Source of the DNA: Klebsormidium nitens
Taxonomy: Eukaryota; Plantae; Klebsormidiophyceae
Reading direction: 5' to 3'
Length of the DNA: 64,000 nucleotides
NCBI GenBank assembly: GCA_000708835.1
Contig: DF236991.1
Location: forward strand, 62,001 to 126,000
Made by a program: the position numbers and the translations under genes. The notes beneath the pieces are model-generated. The model was not told where the DNA came from. It was given only the letters and a program-made list of their open reading frames with translations, and searched no databases. Within the stretch, counting starts at the first letter, position 1; every line of letters begins with the position of its first letter. Below, piece by piece: positions 26,891-38,828 of the stretch.

Positions 26891-28249
26891 TGGCCGGCGT
26901 CAGACAGTGACGACAACGCCAGATGTGGACGTACAGATCGTAACCCAGCGTAATGATCATGGCCAAAACTTGCGCGGAGTGCACGTTAAGTTTCACATTC
27001 CGGATTATATAGAAAGTCTTATTTTGCAACGGCTTCCGCTCAGCGCGGTTTGAGAGACGTTACAGAGAACATCGGATTGAGCGGCAGGTCGGCGGACTTC
27101 TGATTGCCGGGGCCGGATGACGTCTCTGAGTCGATACCCAGTAGGAAAGAGTTCCAAACCATTCAAGAATTGAAGCAGACTTTTGCAGTCTTTGTTTACA
27201 AGCAGCGAAAACCTGGCGAGTGTCCACACTGAACGGGGTGACGCCTTAAGAGAGCTGAGATGCTGGCAAGCACTATTGCTTCGGCTGCCGCAAATGGCGA
27301 GGCGAAGCAAAAAGAACAAAGAGTCGGAAAGACTCCACTCAGAGAAGTGTCACGTGTGGCCCAGCACAAGGGTCCAAGTGCCCACCAATAAGATGTGTCG
27401 CCCGTTTCAGTCGCCTTACTAGCCCCAGAGCTTCGTCGAAAATCGTGGGGCGGGTCGGCTTGACGGACACGATCAATCGCACCTTTCTCTTCTTTAGCTA
27501 CTGCTCGCTTCAAGGGACCCGTCGCCCCCGCTGCCAAAGACGGTCTCTGAGAAAAGCGTCTTCGAAACCGGCTAGCATGGAATAACTGAAGGTCGGAGAA
27601 ACCCTGCTTCACGTGTGCAAGTGGGACCTTGATTTCTAGTCAGTATGCAAACAGCTCCCGAACCTGCACGTTAGGCGAGAAGACGTCCAAGTAGGGCCAG
27701 CCACGCAAAGGTTGAATGGTTGAGTGACGAACGGTTTTGTGGAAGTTGCAGGCGCTTCTCGTAGGGTCAGACGGCATCAGGCACCGAGGATAACCAAGTT
27801 CGCCAGTGGACACCTTTGCGCCCAGATTTGACAATCATGGCCGCTCACGTCAAGGTTTCAAAGCATCGTGCGAGCAAAGTGTTTGAGTAAAACGGAGAGT
27901 TTATCTCAAAAGCAGGTGGGGTCGATCGACTGAAAGAGAACTTGCTGCAAGAATCGAGTGCGTCATCTTTCTGATAGTCATAGGGCGGATATGAACGCAT
28001 GAAGCCAACACAATGGATTTGAACACCTTATAATTATTACATTTCTAAGAATGGCTAGCACTGCCGCGTCCTTACAAACAAGATGGTAGAATATTTTGGG
28101 TCGGTTATAGCCCGGAAGGAGCAGAGATTATGTTGAGTTGATGAACCGTTTGGAAATGAGGTGGCGTAAAAACCCCACAAGTTTCTCTCGGTTGAGAAGA
28201 GGAAGAAGTCAACGTGGAGTGTTGACAGTGCACAGGATGTTAGACGAGT

Positions 28250-31000
28250 CCGGCGTACAAAGAGCTCCGGTAACCTTTCGCACTTTGAGCAACTCCTTCG
28301 AGTGCAAACACTTTCGTGGCGCTGTAACCAATGATGCTTGTTTACGTCCTAAAACATCTCAGTCCGTGGGAAGCACGATGTGGTCAGATACAAACCTCGT
28401 TTGGACACAATGTGATGGGGGTTGCGGGCGAACCCATGCCAGTCAAAATGTCGTCATGCATGTACGAGAGAGAAAGAAGCTTTTGAAAGGCGTCAGGCTA
28501 CAGCGTTTCCGTGGTTGAAGCAAGCCCTCCTGAGGGTCGACATATCACAGCCTCGTTTGAACAAGATAGAAAGTACCCCTTAAAAGAAGGGCAAGCATAA
28601 CGCTAACCATGGTAAGGAAAAAAGGACAATATGCAACAGTATGGATCATCCAAATCTAAAGACCTCAGGGATCTGCCAGCACCGGCGTCACAATTTGGAT
28701 CACCAAAGCGACTAATGGGTAAGACCTTGAAGTCGTAGAGAACCAGTTATCTCGTCCACAAACACTTCAGGCAAACAAAATCTTGTTGTTTACCAACACA
28801 GCCTTCACAACCGAGTGCTCCGCTGGTTGATTGCGAAATCAAACCTGCCATCGCTTTCACGGAGGCTAGTTGACCATCGAAGCAAATGCGATTAATCAGG
28901 CTGAAAAACTCCAAGTTCGAAGGTAATGAGCTTCAAAGATAAGGCAAGCCCATCGAGTCTGGCTCCGTTAATGTCAGCTTGGCTTTGCCCTTGCGAGAAC
29001 AGCACATGATCAGTGCTGGTGCTCGATGATGTCTGGGTGGACCTTGTTGCCGAAAGGGCAGGTTCCAGAACTTGGATTTAAAACTTGTGCGTTTAATCTA
29101 CCTGACCCACTCACGCAGACGGGAAATAAAGCGCATCCAGAAGTTGAAGTGAAGTTGGTAACACAAGAGGGCTTCGATGGCCGGCATCAGCGACTGCGGC
29201 ACCTTCTCAATGAGGCTCAACAAGCCTCAACCTTCAAAGCTCACCTTCTGCGCATCACTGCCAGAACTGTGCTGGTTGTAGCCAATCAAGTCTGACGAAC
29301 ACAACTCTATAAACGGGACTCTCAACATGACTCTCAACATCAAAGGAGCAATGATTTCGCAATTTCTTCGAACTGCCTGGGAGGTGAGGAAGAAGATAAG
29401 CCTGGGTCGCTGGCATCCTAGTAAACAGCGTGTGGGAAACAATACCCAATTCTTGGGCGCACCTCATCAACGAGCCGGAACGCTGACAGCGGCGTAACCG
29501 GAGTTCCACCCTTTCTGATCAAACGCAGGCTCAGAAAGGATTGTTTACCCTCTACCAAGCGCTTATGCAGAACCAGAGACACTGAGGGCGACGATTTAAG
29601 AGAAGGCTGCCACTCCAAGTACTGGTACACTCTTAGTGGATGGTGTCCCAGTCTTCGAACCATAGAATCATAAGAGCATGAATTCACTGATCAAGCTGAA
29701 AAGATAGGAGATAAAACAAAGGCTCACAGACAAGCGGGCTCATGAATCTTGTTGACAAAGACAAGTCAACACCACTCTTGGTTCCATCATCTCGTCCAAA
29801 TGCTTGTCCGCATTTGGACAAGCAGGCTTCTAGAAGCACCTCTTGCATCAAAATGCTTTACAGTTGAATGGGCTACCAATCGAAGCAGATGCTGAAAACG
29901 GCATCAAATTCCTAAAGAAACGTGGCTACGAAAGTCAGCATTCGAGGACATCAGGGACACTATTGATAACGTAGTAATACACAACTTTTGTCCGCTCAAC
30001 ACGTGCGGAAAGTTCCAGATGACTTGGCGCGAGTGACACTTCATTCCTTTCACAGCTCTGTAACCACCAAAACCCCTTGCACAAAATACGATCTGCATCT
30101 TTCACTGATTGGCACACACAGTGGCCACTTTATTCAAAGGGTTGTTCTACCCATTCATGCGATTCACAAAGCTCACGTGTACTCTGCAACCATCGCAGAC
30201 TGTGCTGCGTACTGCAGTAACGTGCCTGCTACCTCCAACATGTGTACTGGGGCCAGCCGATCAGACGAGCATCGTCAAAGTAGTACGGGGATTCCCCTGC
30301 AAACAAGCAGACTTAAACTGTGAACAGCCAGACAAGTGTATGCAAAGGCCAGGAATTGGGGGGAAAATATGCTCACCAACGTGATCCTAAGACCAAGCAA
30401 ATAATTCTAGTAGTAACGTCTCTGTCTCACAAGACTTGGGCAATGCAAACCTGATAGTCTAGCCCTCATCGAGAATGAAAGTCTGTTCTCAAGGGCTCTG
30501 CTTGGAATCGAAACAATCTACCTTTGAGGTGGCTTTGGAACCCAAGATAAGGACACTCTAATTTCCAAACTTTAGATAGTTACAGTGCCGTTTGTCTGCT
30601 CTCAGCTTGCCCAGTCCTGCAAAGTCTGCTTCCTCCCAATCTTCACTAGGCTCAATTTTCATAGGATCCAGGGGGTGTCGAGCCAAGAGGACATAGACTT
30701 CACATCAAAAGGAAATAAAACCTTACCCTGCTGATGAATACATGGTGGTTCACTCATTAGAGCACCCAAGTGTCACCGTTCTGCGCGAGCGAGCGCATTT
30801 GTCTGTGAGGCTTCTCATACCAGCATCTAGTGTCTCAAGCCAAAACTGGCACTAGCGCTGAGGCAAACAATGACTAGCATTAAAGCGGCAGTGAGTGTCC
30901 TCAGTGCATAGAAACCTTGTTGACTGAATGCCGCTTGCCTCGAGTGGGTTTTACATGAAGGAACAAGTCCACTCCGCTCGATGAAGAGGAAAATTCAGCA
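28250..31000 (+). pseudogene. Decayed NLR-like gene: NB-ARC with possible upstream TIR and downstream LRR remnants
   Basis: + strand motifs in NB-ARC order: MGKTL..SY.VHKHF (P-loop-like, 28715), VLVLDDVW (kinase-2/Walker B, 29013-29036), GSR (RNBS-B, 29061), LNEAQQASTFKAH (RNBS-C-like, ~29205), FHHLVQM (MHD-like, 29782). TIR-like MLVYV...SPWEAR.GQ..TSFGH at ~28331 and LRR-like LSACPVLQSLLP at ~30600 are weak. Many stops and frameshifts; boundaries approximate. Confidence 0.6.
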
Positions 31001-32062
31001 TGCACGGCCTCATGATTTCTGGGTTCAAAAGTGAAACAAATGATGATCGAACATCAGATTAGTCCAGTGTCATTTCAACTTGGTTGAAGTATCGCAGCTT
31101 TCTTTCATTCCCTCAGTCTCTTCAAGTTTTTCGGCTTCACAGCCGTACATGCTCATAACGGCTTTTGGGATAGGGAATCTTGTCAGGACATGTGCATGGT
31201 GCAGGGCCTTACATGATGTGCATTTCTCGGTCAATTGCGAATGCTTTTGAATCAATCAACCTGCATCACACATAAGTGGCAGGAGGTGCAAGTAGCTTCA
31301 TATCTACTCAAGGGCTGGTCTCTCACCTGTCACCACTTTACATCGTCAGAATGGCAGGCGTCAAGGTGCTCCGTCCGCCTATCGATTTTGAAGCGGCTTC
31401 AATCCCTGAGAGGTTCCATTCCGCCTGGAACTGAACCTCATTGCAATTGCCTTCCCCTCCATCTTTATTTCTCCATTTTAAGCCCATGCCAAGCCCTCCT
31501 TCGCATTCAATGCATCGAGACCCCCAAGGAGAGTCAAACCAGCCGGCACAAACTCTGCATTTGACAATCTGATGGTGCAGACTTGAGTCACATTGTACTG
31601 TGATCTCTTGGTACGCAAACCAAAGCAGACATGTTCGAAGAGGTGGCTCACGATTGATCACAACACAACAGATGTCCAAAGGATGTATGCTCTATTAAAC
31701 CCAAGCTGTGGCTGTCAATCGCTAGTTTTCCAACAAGCAACCAGCAGCGGTCGCGATGTCGGCGCTTTCCCAAAAGGGCATAGCCTGGGGATTCTGACAA
31801 ACACCATGTCTTCAGCCAAGGAAGGCACCTTCAGGATTCACTTGGGGGGCAGCCTGAATGCAAGCAAGACGCCATGATGATGCGCCATCAGGTTGACAAC
31901 ATTTGTGGCTGAAGTTCTGTGCAGTTCTGAGTTCTCTAACTCTAGAGCGAACCAAAGACAAGTGGTGGCTGACAGTTGTCACGATGCGACACGTGTCGCT
32001 TGTAGCTAGCAGCTTACATCGTACTTGCTGACATGGCACGTCTTCTGAGTTCTCGCTACCTA

Positions 32063-32334
32063 CCGTAAATTCACCTGAAAATAATTATTTTGGGGTCAGT
32101 GTGAAAATTTTGAAACTATTTGGGATCCGAGGGTGAAATGGCGAAATGATAAATATTGGTAAAAGTAAGGTCAGACTGGTGAAATATAGGGCAAAATGGG
32201 CCAAAAACAACAAAATTCGCCTTTCGTGCGAAATGTTGGAAAATATCCAGCCCGCTGGGTGAAACCTAAAATTTTCCGAAATTAATTATTCGCACAAAAA
32301 GGTGGTGAATTCCCTTGGGCCTTGGCGCTACGGT
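32063..32334. mobile_element. MITE, Tc1/mariner-pogo-like (TA flanks, CCGTA/TACGG termini)
   Basis: TA|CCGTAAATTCACC at 32061 and GGTGAATT...TACGG|TA at 32304-32336. AT-rich 272-bp body with repeated GTGAAA motifs and no ORF. Confidence 0.65.
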
Positions 32335-32484
32335 ATTGAATCAGTTCTAGCTCCTGAACCTGCCTGAACCTTGAATTTGAAAGCAGATCTCTCTAGCTCG
32401 TCTCTCCCAAGAAGGCCGCTTGCAGCCTCGTCTTTCTTGAATGTGGTGACATTCTCTCCGGCCCTGGTCTGCAATCTCAAGCTG

Positions 32485-35400
32485 ATGCACATGTCGGGTG
32501 CATTGAGCCCCCGGGGGGCATGGTTTCGGGGTTTCGCCGGCCCTCCATCAAGCATCCCCTCCCCAAGGAAGCCGACGTCGTCCATCCGTGGAGTAAAGAT
32601 AGCGTGCTCGGTCCTCGCACAGAATGCTGCGCTCCTGCTATTGTGCACTGCAGTAGACCATGTTCAGTTTTCCACACTCGGTGTGGCGGCAAAGAAAACT
32701 AGATGGGGGAGTTGGGGGAGTGATGGGGACAGGGACGGTTTTGGGGGTTTCAAATATGCTGCAGCCGCGGCGGGGGTTGCGGGAGCGGAGACGATTGCAG
32801 TAGTTCCGGAGGGGCTTCCAAGAGTTGCCGAGATACCTGCCCAGGAGGACGAAGCGTGAGCTTTCAGATCCTATGCCCCTTGTCGTGTGTCACGAGGTGC
32901 AAAGAGAGTCAACTGACTTTTGGCTCCGTTTGTCGACTATGCCCATTCGTTGCATGTCCGTCATTGCTTGAAAACTTTTTAACAGCATGGCCTTCTGTGT
33001 CAGGAATGTATCTCTTACAAAGACACTAAACAGGCACTTAAAGTTTCTTGTTGAGTTGAAGGTCTATGCATAGGCAGCTCTTAATGTCTTGTTTCGTCTC
33101 CTGTATCAGCTTCCTGTTACTTATGGTGCATTGGTCAATCAGTCTGTCTGGTTCTTGCACGTTCTTTGATAACGCTACTTGCCATCCTGCATTTTATTCA
33201 AGAACAAAGACGTGTGGATGTCGCTGTTGTAGGTTAGGGACCAGTCAATCATTGCAACATTTTGAGATAGAATATCCAAGTTGAAGCTTTCAAGCGCAAC
33301 CTTACCTTCCAACTGTCCCCACCATGTCACACTTGAGAACCTGTCTAATCTCACATTTTAGGAGATTGAGAGGAATCAACCTTGACCAAGGGAAGGTACT
33401 ACATAATTGCATCAAGGCTGGGATAAACTGACAGAGTTCTCATGTTGCCTCTGTTGATGATCCAGGTCGCCCGTGCCTGGTCTGGGTGTTGACTGGGAAG
33501 AACACAACTGGTTGCCGGGCTTCACCTCCGTGTCTGGGACGCGCCTGCATACGGTGCGGTACCTGCCTCCGAAGAACAAGGCTCCGAAAGGCTTCATATT
33601 CTTGTGGTAAGCTTTCTTCTGATGATTGTCTAGGTTATGTATCATTTCAGAAGTGCTGATCTGACCTGCAGCAAAGCCTGGTATCTGTTACTCGAAGTGC
33701 CCTGGTCCAACGTTTATGTTCAGAGACTTGATCAAGTTGTTAATCGCATGGCTTGTTGCCGATATCTCTTCAACTTCTTCTGTTGCAAGTGCAACAACCA
33801 TCACCAGCGTCGACATTGCGGGATACACAAAACGTCACGCGCTATTGTACACTAGAAAGTTGCAAGGAAGGCATTTGAGCGAACAGGCGGGAAATTTGAT
33901 TGAAGGCAGGAATCCAACAAACTTCTAACCAGAGAACTCACGGTTTGCAGGCATGGGTTCACCGACCACATCGGCACGCTGGCCCATGTGGCAAAGGCTT
34001 ATGCTGAGGCAGGGTATGCTGCTTATGGACTGGACTTCCCAGGTCATGGCCGTAGCGAGGGCCTTCGAGGGTGAGTTCTTCGGTTTCCATTGTGTTCCTG
34101 TGTGAAGCACTGAAGCGCTCCGGTTTCACGCTCGGTGCATGTCTTTTGGTCGTAACAATATCGGAATCTGCCAATCAAACGGACCAGGACTGTACACTGC
34201 CTTTTGATCCAGACGTTACTCTTTTCGAGGAGGTGGACTCTCCGCGAGAAGTCCCGAGACCCTGGTCCCTTTGTGAGATCCATGCGACTGCACTTCATAA
34301 GTGCAGGAGGTGGGACATCTCTGATTTTTACAGAAGATTTTTGCAGCAACTTCCGAACCCGTGTGCGGATCTTTGCCAATTGGGCTAGCATTTGGTACTT
34401 GGCCTACTCATGGATGTAGTAGCAGCCGCCCACTACCATCCTCTGATAAGGAAACGACCACAGCAGGGCTCTTGAGGAAAATCGAGACTCTTAAGCAGCT
34501 TCTGAGTTCTGCATCTTATATAAGCAAGCGTACGTCTGATGTGAGCAAGCATGGGTCAGCAACTGGAGTAAATTCTCTGCAATATTTGGAAGGCAGCTAC
34601 GAGCATCTTTCCTCCATCTTTAAAGCTGTGGAATGCTGCAGCAACAACCCTTCGATCTCGATTCAGCAGCCGCGGAAAACAATCTCAAACCCCCTCACTT
34701 GTGCATAGGTACGTACCAAGTGTGGACCAGCACCTGGCCGACGCCCTACGCTACGTGGATGCGATCACGGGCGTCTCTCCTGTGCCCTGGCCCGTGCTCA
34801 ATTCGACCACGGAGCAGTCTGCTACGCACGCACTGCAGCGGGCGCTGGGAACGCCAGACCAACGCTGGCGCCAAGTGGTGAGCCATTGCAGACCGATGAT
34901 CTCTTGACCGCTTTCTTGACAAATTCCGATCTGCTTTTCAGCCTGTTTCACACTGGTTTTCCGTGGGTCTGTTTTGCACTTTCGCTTTTGTCGATACAAA
35001 AGGATAGAGGCGTCAAGTGGCGGCCGCGCTTTGAGATTTTTATCAGATTCCATCTCATAAGTACGGACCCGAGGATTTTCAGAGGGGAGATAGAGCGCAA
35101 GTTCCATGTCACTGGCTGCTTGTACGTTCGCAAAGTACGATTATCAACAGCTAAACAAGTGGCAGTTATAGGTGGCGATCGTTCATAAGCTGACCTCTGT
35201 CTCTGTGTTGTCGTTCCAAGCGGTCAGTTTTCAGGTTGGTTGGTTGCAAATTGACCGCTCGTTTCGACCGGTGTTTCAAGGTTCTGGTCGACATCATCTT
35301 GAATCAATCTTCGTTCCTCCATGTGATCCTACGGCGGACCATTGACCGTTTGCGCATGATTGCGCGTACGTACTTCTGAAATGCCTTTTTCGCAGGGAGC

Positions 35401-38400
35401 GAAAGCTTCCGAATTTCTGCCTTGATTTCAGAGTAAGTAGCGAGCAATTTGAAGCCCCTTTCCTGTCCCGTGTCAAAGAGGCCTCTTCGCTTCCTCCGCA
35501 GATCGGCAAGCCTCTCTTCCTGTGGGGTCAGTCTTTGGGAGGCGCAATGTGCCTGCGACTTGCTATCGAGCGGCCACACGCCTGGGACGGTAAGTGAACG
35601 GACAAGATCTCCGCGTTTCGTTTTCCTGGGTTCCGTAAGAAATGAAAAGTATTTTTGTCACGCGAATTGTCGTGTAGCACAGTGTTGAGCCATCCCGTCG
35701 GTACCTGTACATGAGCTTTAAGCGTTTAGAAAAGCAACGAGCCAGTAAAGGAAAGGACTCCACTTTCCAGCAGATGCGCGCCTGAAAGTTACGTCGACTA
35801 GAGAGGCTTCTGGCAACATACTCTGTCAAGCCACTTGTTCCTTCAACAACCTTCTGCAGAACGTGTCGCCCTCTCGCCGTATTCGGTCAGGGCTAGTCGA
35901 CCCAGTTAAATCTCACTGCTGAAATGCTATGCTCTTGACCGATCTTCTACTTGATGATGTCAAAATCTTGCATCGTTTGCAGTCTCTTTCATTGTGAAGT
36001 TTACGCTCCATAGGTATCGTAGCTTCTGAAATTTTGAAGTTCGTCCAACGCGAAGCTTCAACTGACAAATTCAGAGCGCATCTTCCCGGTGTGCAGGCAT
36101 GGTCGTTCTTGCCCCGGCAATCAGCATAGCGGATGATCTAGAGCCGAACCTTCAGCGAGTAAGTCACATGCCAACGTTGCTTCCATTCTTGTCTGTTCTG
36201 ACTTTTTGAAGTCTGCTCTTGCTTGATGTATGTTTCAGCGTTTGCCAGCTTCACAGTTTCTCTGTCGATTTTACCGAGCTTTTTTGGATTTCCGGAAATC
36301 TATTTTGCGCTTGAGCTGCAGTCTTACGGACGGGACACCTACTCTGAGCCGTTTGGCGCGCCTGTCAAGAACAAAGTCAGCTATATTGACAGAGTAGCGA
36401 AACCTGAGCTGCATTGTTTTGAGGACCATCTTTTCAGATAGCGTTCGTTCGGTCCGTCATGAGCACTCTACACCCCTCACATAATACCCAGAGCCCGAAT
36501 CGGCTTCGGAGAGCAATCTTATTTTGCGCTTCTAGCATTGGATGCTTTGGCATGATACCTTTCCGAAGCGGTGACCATTCGCTGACGTCACCCTTCTTCT
36601 GCAGTTTGCGAGATACGCGCCTGCGGTCTGGCCCACGATGCCCGTTCCGAAAGTGAGGCACGGCTAGTTTAGCTATCCGGTTTCTGTCCATTGCAGGTTT
36701 CGGTGTCTTAACTAAGTTACCGACTCTGATCGTACAAAGATACTCCTAGAGATTGCTCTTAATACAAATTGCCTCGTTTTCGCAGTTTGCGAGATATGCG
36801 TCTGCGGTGTGGCCCACGATGCCCGTGACGAAAGTGACGCACGGCTCCGGGAGCCGCAACCCCGCGGTCACCAAGTGGGAGAGCGAGGACCCCCTGCGCT
36901 TCCATGGTCACGTGAGCATCTAAACGCGCTTGTACTTTCCTTGTGCAAAGTCTTTGATCACTCCGTTCCACTTTCCTCTTAGGTTATGGCCGGTCAGACT
37001 GTTCTCGTTCTTGAATTGAAGGATCGGATGGGTGTCGAACAGATTGATTAATACATTTCGTTACGTGACGTTTTGACCGGCTGCTCTTCGTGTCATATTA
37101 GTTTTTGCCTTCCTGCCTGCTGTTGCGTAAGCATTAGACTGATGCCGTGGGGTCCGTGGCTCACCTTTCGACCGTGCAATGTCGCATTTTGCTTGGAAAC
37201 CGTCCTACCGCATTTCGAATAGTGCGCGAAGCTTTCATAGATTGTGCCTCAAATGATGTGTGCCATTCTGCCGTGTTGCGGAGTCCGTCGCTTCGCTCTC
37301 AGTGTTTCTGCAATTGCAGAGACTAGAGGAAGTGTGTGGTGCTGTTCTTGGTTCTCGGTATTCTGGCAGCCGGACTGAATCAACGGGTCTACCCTCCTTC
37401 GGCTGTCAGCAACAATTGACCAAGCAAGTTTAGATTTCTCTTTTCGGAATAGATTCTTACCAGTTCAAACCACAAAAGGCAAATATGTAACTTTTGCAAT
37501 CTCTGATGCCGAGATTGAAACCAGTACCTCTACAGCCTTCCGTGCCCCAGTTCTTGTAAAAGACAGAGCACTGAAGTTTTCTACAGACATATCTTGCAAA
37601 GATCAGGATGACAAGAGAAGTGAAAAGCTGAGGACAACGACTGTTTGAACCGTAGTCTCTGTGAGATTCTGCAATTTACAAACATCTCTTCTCTTGCAGA
37701 TACGAGTGGGTTCAGTAGCGGCCATTATGGGCTCCTGTCGCTTCATTATGGACCGGCTACCGAAGATCGTCACCCCTTTCATAGTAATCCAGGTTAGTGC
37801 TTGTATCAATTTGTCGATGCTTTGAGGCAAACCGAGAAGCCGTCACATCATCGCCACCTGCAAACTAATCCGGATCAGTAGCTCTTATCTGATTTTTTGG
37901 ACTCAGCTTTGAGATCAATCAGCGGCCTCCAATTTAGTTTCGTGTTCGACTCATCCAAGATAGCTTTCGACCGGGCTTTATACTCGCTTAATGTAGCCAT
38001 TTGCATGACGAAGCTAGTTTAATCTTTCCTCATCACTTGATTAGGAACCCTCTTGTTCAGTCGAAACCGGAACCCATGTTGTAAGCCGTGCTTGCATCGA
38101 TATCGTTTCCGAGGGATCAGTAACGTGAGTAAGGTTCACTAATGTCAGCTCCTTGTAATTCCTTGCAACCGCTGTCTAAGTTGGTCCGAAAATCATAGGC
38201 TCTCGTCGTTGACAGCTGAGGCCTTGTGCAGGGCTCTCTTGACACGATCGTAGCCCCTAGGAGCGCAAAGATCCTGGCCGACAGGGCCTCCAGCGGCGAC
38301 AAGACGCTGAAAATGTTCCCCCACGCTTGGTGAGTCTCTGCGAATCTGCAACAGCTTTTTGTGCTTTCAGCAACGATTCTGGGTTTGCAAAGACTTCCAT

Positions 38401-38828
38401 AAGAAGGAAGTAAAAGGCTGCACTTTTGAACAGATACAAAATTTGAAAGACAGAGTTTGTTTCTCGTCTGCGAAGCTCCATCGTCTGCATCCTCTCTTAG
38501 GAGTCGCTAGTGGGCGTCGGAAGCTTTTGAACACGCACGGTATGAGAAGAGGTTCTGACGAGAGGATGAGGACAACTGTTGCGGTATGGTAGGGCCCAGC
38601 ACCATCAAGTACCAGATGAGGACTTGCACGTCTTATTTCCACGTCGAAAGTTTTGTTTGATCTCGTTTCCGGAGGGTGAAAGTAGTCTCGTATTGATCAG
38701 TCCTTTTCTTTGCGCATTCCAGGCACGATCTCGTGCACGAGCCCGAGTCTCCGGAGATCGTTGATATGATGCTGAAGTGGGTTGAAGGGCGAACCGCGAA
38801 AACCTTGAAGTATCCTCGAATGTGGTAG
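32485..38828 (+). CDS. Alpha/beta-hydrolase, monoacylglycerol lipase / caffeoyl-shikimate-esterase-like (Hydrolase_4), ~457 aa, possible organellar transit peptide
   Basis: Exons 32485-32855, 33466-33606, 33951-34070, 34709-34877, 35502-35589, 36097-36158, 36786-36911, 37700-37792, 38232-38329, 38723-38828; all GT-AG with consistent phases (1374 nt). Motifs: FIFLWHGFTDH, GLDFPGHGRSEG, nucleophile GQSLG, GSLD (Asp), WHDL (His). Start codon uncertain (32485 or 32491). Confidence 0.9.
36590..36665 (+). repeat. Intronic duplicate of the hydrolase exon 7 acceptor and first ~55 nt
   Basis: CTGCAG|TTTGCGAGATACGCGCCTGCGGTCTGGCCCACGATGCCCGT versus the real TCGCAG|TTTGCGAGATATGCGTCTGCGGTGTGGCCCACGATGCCCGT at 36786. 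Confidence 0.85.

Noticed and set aside
28440-28520. Minus-strand LRR-like peptide PDAFQKLLSL
   Set aside because: An isolated match; the ordered NB-ARC motifs nearby are on the plus strand.
33412-33645. Minus ORF with FFGGRYRTVCRRV, resembling a gypsy integrase GPY/F motif
   Set aside because: It is the antisense shadow of hydrolase exon 2 (33466-33606), which has proper splice sites and phase.
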